Below, one piece after another: positions 18,701 to 28,262 of a stretch of DNA of 64,000 nt. The DNA is taken from the IMG/VR virus record IMGVR_UViG_3300044612_001981, positions 16,900-80,899 of that record. One strand, given 5' to 3'. How positions within the stretch are numbered: position 1 is the first letter of the stretch; each line of letters opens with the position of its first letter. The notes beneath the pieces were generated by a model. That model was not told the DNA's origin. It did not search any database and saw only the letters and a list, made by a program, of their open reading frames with translations. Made by a program: the position numbers and the translations under genes. The DNA is from a virus (Duplodnaviria; Caudoviricetes).

Positions 18701-21700
18701 GCCAAGCTTTTCTTGCTTATTAGCAATAGCGTCTGCTGCAGCCTTTAATGGCTTTGTTGCAGCCTCTGCTGCTTTATCAATTGCATTCATCTGAGCTTCT
18801 GTTTGCTGTTGCGAAGTTAATGACTCTAAATCAATTCTTAAGCTTTGTGCCTTTTCTGTATCGCCAACAGCCATAGCATTTTGCATTTCAAGTCTTGTTT
18901 TTTCAATTTGTCTTCCAATATCTGCGTCTGCTTGCTGTTGAGCCAGAGCCTTCTTTCTTGCTTCTGCAAGTTTATTAATTGCATCTATTTGTTTATTTAA
19001 AGCCTTTAATCTATCCCTATCAGATATTTGCTCCGCAACAGATTGACCCTTAAGAGATTTTGTATACTTTTTGATCTGCTCATCTAGCTTTCCTAAAGCG
19101 GTATATTGATCTTTTAATATTCCAACTTTATTTTTTGCAATTACGGCATCAGATATTGCTGCAAACGCGTCCGCAATAAGTTTTGTTTGAGCAGCATTTA
19201 ATTGAGAGAGATCTCCATTAAATCCTTGTGCCTGTAATCTAATCTTTTGCCATACGCTTACTACAGTATCAGATCCATTAATCATTTTTCTTACTTCAGG
19301 ATTTGTTTTAGCCATCTCATCAACTGTTGCTTGAGTAATTGCTGTGCCAGATTCTTTAGATCTATTAATCTTATCTAGCATTATCTTTTCAGCTTCTGCG
19401 TATGTAAGTGACTTTGTCTTTCCAGTTAAATCTTTTGCTACAAGACGTTCTCTCTTAGCTATTAAATCATTTATTCCAGTTTCAGTTGCCATTAAAGCTG
19501 TGTTTAATGATGCTGCTTTTTCTTTGCTTCCCTGGTCTCTTGTGTCCGCACCAAAGCTTGTTACTGCAGAAACTGCAGCACTTTGTGGATCTGTAATATT
19601 TTTAAACTTTGCATTACCAATTGTTGCAGTAATTGATTGATCTTTTTTATTTGAAAGCTGAAGCATTGTAAATACTTTTTTAGTTGCTTCGTCTGCAGAC
19701 ATGCCAGCAGCAATTAGCTGCTCTTTAATTCTACGAACAGCATCTGGAACTTTTTCTGAAGGCTGTCTATCTAGAACTGCTATTTGCTCTGCAAATGTTT
19801 CTTTGACTTCCTTCTTAAGCTTTTTATACTCTGCAATTGTCATCTGGAATGGGGTTCCGCCATCCTTCATGCTTTCATATACAAGCTTATTTGCAGCAGC
19901 TAGATCTTCTGAGTCCTGAATAGTATCTTTTATCTTTGATCCGAAATCAGTAAATCTAAGACCAGCTTTTTTAGCAGCCTCTGCGGTTAAACCAAAACTT
20001 TGTATGTTAAGTTCTTGTCCTCGTTTATAGTGTCCCCACATTTTGTATGCAGCATATCCTGCTGCAGCAACTGCAGCTAATGGCGCAACTATGCCTGCTA
20101 CTCCAGCGGCTGTTGCTGCAAGTCCTGCTTTTACAGCTCCTGCTGCAACTGCTTTCCCAGCCATTGATGTAACTATTTTTCCAGCGCCTTGCATAATAGC
20201 TGGACCAGCCATCGACCCAACCATTGAGCCCATCATCATTCCATTTTGTCCACCAACAGCATTTCCTATTGCTCCACCTGCTGCCATTCCGCCAATTGTT
20301 CCAACTAGCATTCCGCCAGCGCCACTACCAAAAGGTCTATCTGGATCTGCTCCCATTCCCTTGCTCTTTAGGAATTGCAATGGGTGCATCATTGCTGCAG
20401 TTGTATATTTTGCATTTGTTGAAAATGCTGTGCCTGCTCGTTTTGCTTTGCTTACACCTGAATCTTCTCCGAACGCAGCTGGTCCATATGATTGCCCAAC
20501 TCCAGCTGCGAGTGAGCCAGGAACACCATATGCTAATATTTGAGATCCGCCAGGGCTGTAAGTAGAAGTAAATCTTCTTACTGTCGAAGCAATTGAAGTT
20601 GAAGCTGCTGTAGATGTTGTTTTAATTGATGTTCCAAGCTTTTGAATACTTCCAGTTAATGCCATCATTGATGAATTAATTTCTGAGCCCATCATTCTGG
20701 CTCTAACAACTAATTTGTCGGATGAAATCTTTAGCCTACTAGCAATAGATCCTATTGCAGAATCTATAGCCTGGTTTGCTCTTTGAAGAGGCACTGATGG
20801 GACATAAGGCAATGATCCTTGAATAGTTGGAACGTTTGTTCTTACCCCTCCATTTCCAATTACTGTTGTTGTTCCAACAGATAGTGGGCCAGGCTTAGGT
20901 GGTGTTCCAACAACTGGCATTGGAGTTCTAGATGCAGCAAGGTTATTTAAATAAAGCTGTCCCATAGCTCTTTGGCTTGGGTCTCCTGATTTTAAAAGAC
21001 GCTTTGCATGCTCTTTAGATGTAATCTGACTAACATCAGTAATCTTTTCACCATAAAAATCTTTACTTCGCTTAATTAATCCACCAAGTGCAAACTGTGG
21101 GATTATGTTGCCGCTTTGTAGCGGACTAAATATTTCTGGACCCTTTTCTCCAACTAAATAACTTTGACCTGGAGATACTGGTCCGCCCATTTCTCTTTCT
21201 CCGTCAATGCCGAATATCTTTTTCTTAAGCTCAGCTGTGATTGGAGTATCTTTTTTAGAGTCCCAATTTAAATATCTTCTTTTAAGTATGTCTCTATCAA
21301 TTGGTGACAGCTGCTTAAAAGCAGATCTGTCTGAAATTAAGTCGCTTGCGGCTTTTCTAATAACAGCATCTAGTGAACTTGGCTCAAGCGCATTTCTTAA
21401 AGATCCGTCTGGACCCTTAACATATCCGTAAGGCTTTTCTTTAGCTAATGCTGCAGCGAATTTGTCATATAGAAGTTTTTGTGAATACGGTCTTAGTCCA
21501 GTACTTGCAAATAAAGTCTCTGCTGCTTTAATAGATAAAGAGCTAACTCCCCATGGAGCTGACTCATACATGCTAGGCTTTGGTGCACCTGTTGGCCCAA
21601 ACCCTGCACCAATTCTTCTCATTGCTAATGACTTTAGAACATTTATTATTCCTCCGCCATTAAATCCATTAAGCGGAGTTTTAAATGAATTGTCGCTAAG

Positions 21701-24700
21701 AGATATAGCATGACCTCTCTGGCGTATTCTTAGCTCTGCTTCGTCTTTTAATTTCTTTAATGCTGCTGGTGTTAGTGCTTTAGGAGGAGAAACTTTTACA
21801 GCAGAGTGAATTCCATGAAACTCTTCCCAATTTACTCTTCTTCCTTCCTCTAATCTTTTTATCATTGCAGCATAAACTGCTGCCTCTGTTGGATTTAGGT
21901 CGCCAAACTTAGCAATTGTTTCTTTTAGTTTTGGAAGTACTTCATCAATTTCATCAATCATTTTTTGATGATACTGTTGTGGCGTCATGCCTTTTGGAAT
22001 ATTAAGAGTTGCTTCTGCAAAGAATCTCTTAGCTCCGCCTTTTACTCCAAGTAAATTGATCCGTGCCATCTCTTGCATAGACGGCATCTTGTCGATCCAT
22101 TCTCCATCTTTCCATTCTCCATGGAATCTTCTCTTTCCAGAAGCTCTATCGTATACTCCATCTGTTCCTGTATCATTAACGTTTCTTCCAGATATGTTGT
22201 CTCTACTTAAATCTTTATCTCCTCTTAGGTTGGCAGCAACCAATTGTTTAAAGTAAGCTTTTTCATCAAACACCCCACTTTGAGTAGCAAAGGCTTTATC
22301 GTAAGGAGATTCAAGAACAATAAGTTTTCTTCTGCCAGCTGGATCTGTAGGGTCAATCATTGTTCTAATTTCTTGTGTAGGAGAGTGCATTTCATGCCCA
22401 CCCCTTACAATCATTGTCGCACGTTGTTGTGAAAGGGCTGCGTCTTCATCCATTACTGGCTTAACAAATACTTTTGATCCGTCTGGCTTTATATATACTC
22501 CACCAATTCCTTCTACTGGGAAACTATGTCCAGTTGTAGGAGTATCAAGCTTACCGAAATTAGTTGGTGGCATTGTTGAATATTTACCAGCTCTAACTCC
22601 AGCATCAATTTCTTCCATAGTAAGTCTAGCTTGTCTTTGTTTTTCTACCTGCTTAATACTTCTAGGCATTCCGAGGAATAATCTTCCGTAGTTAAACTTT
22701 CCAGGCTTTACTTTTCCTCCGACAATTCCGCCTGAATTTTTTCTCTCTACTACATTTCTTTGTAATTCTTTTAGTTTCGCAGCAGATCCTCCTGCTGAAA
22801 CTATACTTGAATCAATAAGCGGTATAAATGAATCAAAGGTTATGTCTCCCTTTTCATCTCCAATTTTCTTTGACTCTTTGCCCCTAAGAATAGCTTTAAT
22901 CTTTTGGTCAATTTCTTTTTCTGTATCTGCCCATTTTTCTTGAGGAACTCCAGATTTACGCATCAGCCTATCGTACTTGCCAGTTCGACCCATGTTTCTA
23001 TCTAAAAAGTCTTTAGCTAAAAGTGTGCCTTGGTTTGCCTGCAAGTTAGATTGAGCGTCATAGTCAACAGTGTATTTGCTAACATATCTCTTTCCATTTA
23101 TTACAACCGCTCTTGTTAAATGTGTTGCATGTATAATCTTGTTAAGGTCAAGAGGAGGTAATTCATTCTCAGCTAGTTTTTTAGCTAGTGCTCCTTTATT
23201 AGCCTCTAGGTGTCCTGCTTCTATTGCAAATGCGTCCCTTCCTCTTGGTGCACCTCTTTCAGCAGCTCTTTTTGTAGTTTCTATAGAAGCAGAAAATTCT
23301 TCTATAACTTTTGCTGCTTTTCTTCTTTCAGATGGAGGTAATGATCTCATGTAGTCATCTATAGCTGCATTTGTTGATGCGCCTCTAGTGACCCAAGTTC
23401 TTCCTCCATATGATCCTATGATTTGCGTATCTCTTCCACGTGGATCTATTCTTGTTTTATTTTTTTGCTCTGCAAGTTCAGCTACTCGTTTTCTATATTC
23501 AGATATCTTATTTTTAAAAAGTGATTTTATAGTAAGTGCAGGAAGTCCATAACTAGACCTAGACAGCTTAATTTTTCCTCCAGCTGCATGCTGTGGAAGA
23601 GGAACTCCATTATTTGCTGCATCTACTGCTCTGAAAAGTTCTGGGTTATCTTGAATGCCTGGACCAAATACTGTTTCTTTTGGTGTAAGTAAAGCAGTTA
23701 TATTGCTTCCAGAATTATCATATGTAGATGGTGCAGCTGCAACCAGTGGAGCATTTCTTGGATCCATTGATGCAGATTGGTTTAATACATATCCTCCTAG
23801 TGGAACATCTCCCATTCTGTCATCATATGTTATAGATGCTGGACCAGTAACCTGAGTTTTATTTGGGCCAAACGATTCTATTTTTCCGCCAGTATTAAAT
23901 CTAGGCTTTGTTGTATGAATACTATATCCAGCACCAGAAGTTCTAACTCCCAAACCTCTTGCAATTGCATCCACCATTTTTGCAGTTTCTGTTTTGTGGA
24001 AAAGCTCTTTCATATTAGACTTTCCAGTTGCGCTTACAACTGGCTGGCTAGTTAATGGTACTGTAGTTAAGCTAATAGTTCTTGCTTGAGCGGCGGCAAC
24101 ACCTTGTGCTGTTTGAACCATCATTGCTTCAACCTGAGCGTTTAATGCAAATATTTTAGCTCTTGCGGCTTCTACAGTAATCTTTCCAGCCTGCAGTTGT
24201 TGAACTATCAATGCTGTTTCATCTGCAGCAAGGGTAGTTATTCTTGTCATTTGTGGTAGAAGTGCCTGGTAAGAATCTGCAAGCGATGCTGTTATTGTTC
24301 CTGTTGCAGCAACTTCTGTCTTAAGTATTGCTAATTCTGCCTTTGATTGCATAGCAATTGCTGCAGTCATTGAGTGCCACTTGGCAGCTTCTGATGCAAC
24401 TATTCCATTAGAAACTCCATTGACTGCAGTAACTCCATGAATTCTTGGAAGATCCTCGTGCATATATGTTTGTGGTGAATTTGAAAGTCTTAGATTTACT
24501 GGCTTAGGACCAGGAACTGTAGAGAATATTGTTTCATCTGCTCTTTGTTGAGGAGTCTTAGATCCAGTTGGGATAACATGTGACATGTCTCTTGAGTATG
24601 GCCTACCTACAAGAGGATTGTCTTTGTCTACAATTCTTCCGCCGCCCGCAAGCACTGTGCTTCCTCCAACTGTAGAAATTCCATTAGATGTCGCAACTGT

Positions 24701-26605
24701 TGCGCTCATAGCACTTGCTTTTAATCTATCAAATGAAGCTGCTAAAGTAAGTACTGCATCTGAGAATGTAGCGGCCGCCTTAGTATCGCTATAGAATGAC
24801 TGCTCTACAGTTTTAGCAGCAGCAGATGCTGCCATTAATTCTGGTGTTAATAATTTAAATCCAGTTCCGCCCTTACCAATATTTTTAAGAGCTAATACTC
24901 CCTTAATTATGTATCCAAAGAAGTTTGCAAGCACACCAGTAAGCATGATGATAGGACCAGCAATTGCTGTAAGCCCGCCAATAAATCCTAGTACTGCTTT
25001 AATTGGTGCTGGTAGATTCCCAATAAACTTTAAAATGCCATCAATAGCATTTAATACAAATGCACCAATTTTTAAGAACTGATCTCCAACTACAGCCAGT
25101 TCTGCCTTAACAGATTCGAGTGCTCTTCTGTATTTACCAGATGCAGACTCTGTAAGCGCTGTTAATTCTCGTGCTGAAATTGCAGCTAAGTCTTGTGTAC
25201 TTGCTTTCATCAAGTCTAAGACTTGAAGAGTCTGGCTTCCTTCTTTACCTAAGTTTTCGAATAAAGCATTTATTCTAGCAAACTGGAACTTTCCAAATAG
25301 CTGCTCAATTGCTCTTGCTCTTTGTAATGGCTCAAGGGAATCTAATGAATCCTTTAATGCCATTATTGTGCCAGTTAAATTTCCAGCATTTTTATTTACA
25401 ATGCCAGATAAGTCTATACCAAACCCCATGAACATTTCTTTTGCAACCTTTGTGGGGTTGATAACAGATGCTAAAGCAGACTTTAATGCGTTAGCACCTT
25501 CTGATGCATTAATTCCACCTTCACGCATAGCAGTTAAATAAAGTGCAAGGTCTTGTACATCTCCGCCCAAAGCCTGAACAACTGGTCCTGCTTTTGGAAT
25601 AGCAGTTACTAAGTCATCTAGAGTAGTAGACGTCTGGTTTTCAACTGCGTTCAAGAAGTCAATAGACTCAGCAAGCTCCATCGTATTTTGACCGAAGGCT
25701 GTCTGAATTGCAAGTGTGGCCTTCATGGCTTCTTGTCTATCTACTTCACCAAGAATTGCAAGTCTAGTTGTTTGTCTTGTAGAGTCTATAAGATCTGCGC
25801 CTTGTTTTCCAGTTGCAGCAATATCTGCTGCTAAAGCGATAGTCTCTGTAAAGTTTGCTCCTAGTCCAGAAGCTAATTCTCTAGAAACTGCCATAACATC
25901 TTTGCGAACTTGAAGAAGATCAGCGCTTGATGTTGCAGTTAATCCTCCGTAAACTTTTGTTAAGCGAGTTAATTCTTGATCTGCTTCTTTAAATGCTTTT
26001 GCTGCAGCCATACCAAATGCTGCTAAAGGAACTGTAAGACCAACTGTTAGCTGTCTACCAGCCCACTGTGTATTCTTACCCCAGTTAATTAGCTGATTAG
26101 ATCCATCCATCATAACCTTATTCATGATGGCTAGCTCTTGTCTTAGAAGCGCTGACTTATTCTTTGTAACGTCTAGTCCAGATTGAACCATTACGTTGTA
26201 TTGCATTAATCCTTGTGCATTTTTACCAATAGGCTGAATTATTGCATTCTCAAGCATAACCTGCTGCTTGGCTAAATCTCTAACTAGTGAGCTAGTCTTT
26301 TGTGTATGACCTTGCCAAGTTCTAAAGTATTGGCCAAGCTTCATTCTTCCGCTATCTAGGTTTTGACCAAACTTAGATACGTCTGAAGTTAATGTTACAA
26401 AGTGTCTAGAGAACTGACCAGTGGAGCGCATGGTTTCGTCAAACTGACGATTCATGACTCCAACCTGGCTAGTCAGATTCTTATTTAAACCAATTGTTGT
26501 AGCTTGGAGCTTTAAGAGTTGCTGAGTAACCGCTTGTAACTGCGCTGTTAGGCTAGAAAAATTAGCCGTCGCAGTTATGTTGGTTACTATATTTTGATCT
26601 GCCAA
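15731..26605 (-). CDS. tape measure protein with inserted cargo domains (3624 aa)
   Basis: TP901-like core (ENQTST.L.DL..AIP.AG, EGG..ASE.A.ALKS); follows chaperones; GTGTSDSIPAYLSNGEYV and Y.VGE.GPE motifs. Confidence 0.93.
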   Translation of the reverse strand: MADQNIVTNITATANFSSLTAQLQAVTQQLLKLQATTIGLNKNLTSQVGVMNRQFDETMRSTGQFSRHFVTLTSDVSKFGQNLDSGRMKLGQYFRTWQGHTQKTSSLVRDLAKQQVMLENAIIQPIGKNAQGLMQYNVMVQSGLDVTKNKSALLRQELAIMNKVMMDGSNQLINWGKNTQWAGRQLTVGLTVPLAAFGMAAAKAFKEADQELTRLTKVYGGLTATSSADLLQVRKDVMAVSRELASGLGANFTETIALAADIAATGKQGADLIDSTRQTTRLAILGEVDRQEAMKATLAIQTAFGQNTMELAESIDFLNAVENQTSTTLDDLVTAIPKAGPVVQALGGDVQDLALYLTAMREGGINASEGANALKSALASVINPTKVAKEMFMGFGIDLSGIVNKNAGNLTGTIMALKDSLDSLEPLQRARAIEQLFGKFQFARINALFENLGKEGSQTLQVLDLMKASTQDLAAISARELTALTESASGKYRRALESVKAELAVVGDQFLKIGAFVLNAIDGILKFIGNLPAPIKAVLGFIGGLTAIAGPIIMLTGVLANFFGYIIKGVLALKNIGKGGTGFKLLTPELMAASAAAKTVEQSFYSDTKAAATFSDAVLTLAASFDRLKASAMSATVATSNGISTVGGSTVLAGGGRIVDKDNPLVGRPYSRDMSHVIPTGSKTPQQRADETIFSTVPGPKPVNLRLSNSPQTYMHEDLPRIHGVTAVNGVSNGIVASEAAKWHSMTAAIAMQSKAELAILKTEVAATGTITASLADSYQALLPQMTRITTLAADETALIVQQLQAGKITVEAARAKIFALNAQVEAMMVQTAQGVAAAQARTISLTTVPLTSQPVVSATGKSNMKELFHKTETAKMVDAIARGLGVRTSGAGYSIHTTKPRFNTGGKIESFGPNKTQVTGPASITYDDRMGDVPLGGYVLNQSASMDPRNAPLVAAAPSTYDNSGSNITALLTPKETVFGPGIQDNPELFRAVDAANNGVPLPQHAAGGKIKLSRSSYGLPALTIKSLFKNKISEYRKRVAELAEQKNKTRIDPRGRDTQIIGSYGGRTWVTRGASTNAAIDDYMRSLPPSERRKAAKVIEEFSASIETTKRAAERGAPRGRDAFAIEAGHLEANKGALAKKLAENELPPLDLNKIIHATHLTRAVVINGKRYVSKYTVDYDAQSNLQANQGTLLAKDFLDRNMGRTGKYDRLMRKSGVPQEKWADTEKEIDQKIKAILRGKESKKIGDEKGDITFDSFIPLIDSSIVSAGGSAAKLKELQRNVVERKNSGGIVGGKVKPGKFNYGRLFLGMPRSIKQVEKQRQARLTMEEIDAGVRAGKYSTMPPTNFGKLDTPTTGHSFPVEGIGGVYIKPDGSKVFVKPVMDEDAALSQQRATMIVRGGHEMHSPTQEIRTMIDPTDPAGRRKLIVLESPYDKAFATQSGVFDEKAYFKQLVAANLRGDKDLSRDNISGRNVNDTGTDGVYDRASGKRRFHGEWKDGEWIDKMPSMQEMARINLLGVKGGAKRFFAEATLNIPKGMTPQQYHQKMIDEIDEVLPKLKETIAKFGDLNPTEAAVYAAMIKRLEEGRRVNWEEFHGIHSAVKVSPPKALTPAALKKLKDEAELRIRQRGHAISLSDNSFKTPLNGFNGGGIINVLKSLAMRRIGAGFGPTGAPKPSMYESAPWGVSSLSIKAAETLFASTGLRPYSQKLLYDKFAAALAKEKPYGYVKGPDGSLRNALEPSSLDAVIRKAASDLISDRSAFKQLSPIDRDILKRRYLNWDSKKDTPITAELKKKIFGIDGEREMGGPVSPGQSYLVGEKGPEIFSPLQSGNIIPQFALGGLIKRSKDFYGEKITDVSQITSKEHAKRLLKSGDPSQRAMGQLYLNNLAASRTPMPVVGTPPKPGPLSVGTTTVIGNGGVRTNVPTIQGSLPYVPSVPLQRANQAIDSAIGSIASRLKISSDKLVVRARMMGSEINSSMMALTGSIQKLGTSIKTTSTAASTSIASTVRRFTSTYSPGGSQILAYGVPGSLAAGVGQSYGPAAFGEDSGVSKAKRAGTAFSTNAKYTTAAMMHPLQFLKSKGMGADPDRPFGSGAGGMLVGTIGGMAAGGAIGNAVGGQNGMMMGSMVGSMAGPAIMQGAGKIVTSMAGKAVAAGAVKAGLAATAAGVAGIVAPLAAVAAAGYAAYKMWGHYKRGQELNIQSFGLTAEAAKKAGLRFTDFGSKIKDTIQDSEDLAAANKLVYESMKDGGTPFQMTIAEYKKLKKEVKETFAEQIAVLDRQPSEKVPDAVRRIKEQLIAAGMSADEATKKVFTMLQLSNKKDQSITATIGNAKFKNITDPQSAAVSAVTSFGADTRDQGSKEKAASLNTALMATETGINDLIAKRERLVAKDLTGKTKSLTYAEAEKIMLDKINRSKESGTAITQATVDEMAKTNPEVRKMINGSDTVVSVWQKIRLQAQGFNGDLSQLNAAQTKLIADAFAAISDAVIAKNKVGILKDQYTALGKLDEQIKKYTKSLKGQSVAEQISDRDRLKALNKQIDAINKLAEARKKALAQQQADADIGRQIEKTRLEMQNAMAVGDTEKAQSLRIDLESLTSQQQTEAQMNAIDKAAEAATKPLKAAADAIANKQEKLGDAAAIAAESLDKLKDKYSKQEAAIKKVNDSMTALYGNAAAAGLSVKDYMKKNKEAAAGFVAAMEAATGAAMPRYKERTYYNGSQLVTEKVPVAPWENALEALAKAGAGAGVNEALADSIKGGKNGKTLKDVVDAVKGINGKPALRENIKVTGDYSDSKETKEYDGKKVQVLNAEARDAIRKRLDLQPGETFIVDGQRYKQNTTGGTPIWMGPAPKTPALAAGGHIRGAGTGTSDSIPAYLSNGEYVIKEKAVRKYGVETFDALNAEKFADGGPVRRGIRQQLPFFPWRPDLPNYWSDGKPTGSPYTGRWGELRYNPSSGRDIWGGTEIPGLKFTGKTPQQSDYWHQMQEQPGKSRGPGMGIDKDPMRLAGSGASMGGIGNGAYGFGPLMFHAGGPVGHRHGRNAPPTDKRSNLSKTWDFLKEAVKETGRSADWLYAMYQSGQGSRNPFFLSQNNRAKFQQIQDLKNAGLDAEAKKALLINHGLSSLNVGSLFLGGAVGSAAVRGAVGAYGINRLGVVGLETLLPTGSLTYGTKALTGVAANVAATSSKSILESRIASTVRPKVAASADEIVPPTRETAPFPRTKEVQDAIDEAKKWNTFRENEFKAIEEANPDYLQLHKLLVAIDEETHALKMAGGRYWNETRGPIYKSVHETPGSPDKQLFDKHSKNDDFWKYHQQKYKNEIELDRISRAEKYNITPSEVLALREFLEMPLTGHLDYRKSGIEQLVSRFTIPEGTVSYRGLSDIDMEALSKIGIGESFVAPTVRSITDNKIAAAAIGAFGGTGGGRSGAIARIIFGPNVKGISDIGVLGEAQGLSHEGLIGPNTRFILEQIIRGGAQSSRYENQAGVHMMNIVPGQGKIITETLDEYVLRAVKMKLGGLVNVPKFESGINVVPQDMLAMIHKNESIIPASMNPFNPEAAMPRYNFDRPSFGIRGEGSSGASYTVNQNIYASEGMDVEALSNMIVKKAEVVIGQKAKVNVKMVGQGKNI

Positions 26606-26608
26606 CTC

Positions 26609-26977
26609 TTACTCCTTTTTGTATCCGAGGCCAGCTCCGATACCAAATCCTGCGTCTGATGCAAACTGACCTTGTAGCGAAACAACATCTGATGCATCTG
26701 CAGTAATTCCAAGTGCTTTTCTTTTTACATCTTCAAAGCTCTTGGGTCTTTCTTCTTCTTCGCCGCCATCAAGGTCTACACCTTGTATTGCAGCTAAGAA
26801 CTTTCTTTTTTCTGACTCAGACTTTTGCATAGATGTAAAAGTCTGGATCAGTTCTGGCATTGAAAGATTATCTTCCAATTCCTCGTAATTCTTATAGTTT
26901 CCTATTAGAAATACTTCTCCTTCTAAGGCAGCTAGATCTAGTTCTGACCAGCTAGAACCGCTGCTGCTAGCAAATTT
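26609..26977 (-). CDS. tail assembly chaperone, gpT-like part reached by -1 frameshift
   Basis: -1 frame is open from the A_AAT_TTG heptamer (26971-26977) to stop at 26609. Confidence 0.7.
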   Translation of the reverse strand, partial: KFASSSGSSWSELDLAALEGEVFLIGNYKNYEELEDNLSMPELIQTFTSMQKSESEKRKFLAAIQGVDLDGGEEEERPKSFEDVKRKALGITADASDVVSLQGQFASDAGFGIGAGLGYKKE

Positions 26978-27270
26978 GGATCGTCCATCTTAATGCCGCC
27001 GCATACTTCAAGGATACGATTAATTGTTGGTACATCTAATACGTCCTCGAATGCGTCTCTATCTGCAACTAATTCTGGAAGCTGCTTTTCTAGTGCTACT
27101 GCACAAGCATCAATAAGAATTGTTAAAGTTTCATCTTCTGTAGTTACTTCTGCTGTCTTACTAATAGCAGCCATAAACTTTCTAAGCTCTTTAATTGTTA
27201 AAGGCTTTAGCTTTACGGTTGCCCCGTTTTGTAGCTGAATTTCTTCTACATCATATACTGTTGTTGCCAA
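26938..27270 (-). CDS. tail assembly chaperone (gpG-like)
   Basis: Between tail tube and TMP; AGGAGG RBS; DPN near C-terminus. Confidence 0.8.
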   Translation of the reverse strand: MATTVYDVEEIQLQNGATVKLKPLTIKELRKFMAAISKTAEVTTEDETLTILIDACAVALEKQLPELVADRDAFEDVLDVPTINRILEVCGGIKMDDPNLLAAAVLAGQN

Positions 27271-27332
27271 TTTAAATCCTCCTAGGATCTCGTCTTAATT
27301 ATTGTATCATATCAGAAATACCAATACAATAG

Positions 27333-27362
27333 CAAAACCCCCTAATTTCTTAGGGGGTTTTG
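27333..27362. terminator. intrinsic terminator after major tail gene
   Basis: CAAAACCCCCTAA-TTTC-TTAGGGGGTTTTG. Confidence 0.8.
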
Positions 27363-27379
27363 TAATTAATTATTATTAA

Positions 27380-28144
27380 TTATACTGCTAGAACGCGGTC
27401 TACGATGAAGCCGTATTCTTGACCGACCTTTGAACCGTCTGGAAGCAAACGGAATGTAACTGGGAATGTTGATGCTGCGTTACGAGCCAAAGAGAACTGT
27501 GACTGTTGTACAGAAAGAACACGACGTGCATAGTATACACGCTCAGTTAGAGTTGCTTCAGATGTTGGTGCCTGACCTACTGCAATAAGCTGACGCTCTG
27601 TTGGCTGCTCACCAAGAGCTCCACCTGCAAGTCCAAGCTTATCTTCTGCTGCTAAACCAGTAGCAACAGTCTGTCCTGTCATCTTAGGTGCTAATGTGCT
27701 TGAGCGCTGACCGAATACTGCTAGAACGTTCTCAAGAGTACCTTCAGCCATTTCTGTAGCGATCATAACTTCCATTGACTCCTTGAAAAGCTTTGCTGTA
27801 TCAAGAAGCTGATCCACTGTTACTGAACCGTATGATGGGTTGTATGTAACCTGAAGACCGTTATTTGTGTAACCTACGTTACGATAAAATGCACCCTTGT
27901 CATCAAGAGCTGGTGCTGTAGCTGCAGTTGTTCCTGTTGCTACGTCTACTGCATTCAAAGAATCAGTGTATGATGTTGCTGACTTAAATGCTGGTACTGT
28001 CTTATTCTTTCCTGATGCAAATGCATTAAGAACTCCTGCTTCAGCATTTGGAACGTAATCTGAATCGGTAACATCTGTCACTGAAAGAAACAGTGGTGAT
28101 GCACCAACAAGTATGTTTTTTGCATTACCTGTAATTTGTGCCAT
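27380..28144 (-). CDS. major tail tube protein
   Basis: NILVGA, VGYT..G, V.VDQ, E.TLEN, FRLLP motifs; GGAGG RBS; own promoter and terminator. Confidence 0.85.
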   Translation of the reverse strand: MAQITGNAKNILVGASPLFLSVTDVTDSDYVPNAEAGVLNAFASGKNKTVPAFKSATSYTDSLNAVDVATGTTAATAPALDDKGAFYRNVGYTNNGLQVTYNPSYGSVTVDQLLDTAKLFKESMEVMIATEMAEGTLENVLAVFGQRSSTLAPKMTGQTVATGLAAEDKLGLAGGALGEQPTERQLIAVGQAPTSEATLTERVYYARRVLSVQQSQFSLARNAASTFPVTFRLLPDGSKVGQEYGFIVDRVLAV

Positions 28145-28232
28145 GTTGTAAAACCTCCATTAAATAAATATATATATTGACTTACTGTAAAACTTTAAAT
28201 TAAGCTGGCTAGGCTCTTTTCCTCTTGGTATA

Positions 28233-28261
28233 ATTTTATCTTACAATCAACTAAAAGGCAA
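28233..28261 (-). promoter_or_regulatory. promoter TTGCCT-17-TAAAAT upstream of tail tube gene
   Basis: Same hexamers and spacing as at 33909-33937. Confidence 0.6.
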
Positions 28262-28262
28262 A

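Noticed and set aside
15903-25913. Many plus-strand ORFs within the TMP gene
   Set aside because: Antisense shadows with no RBS or recognisable motif.
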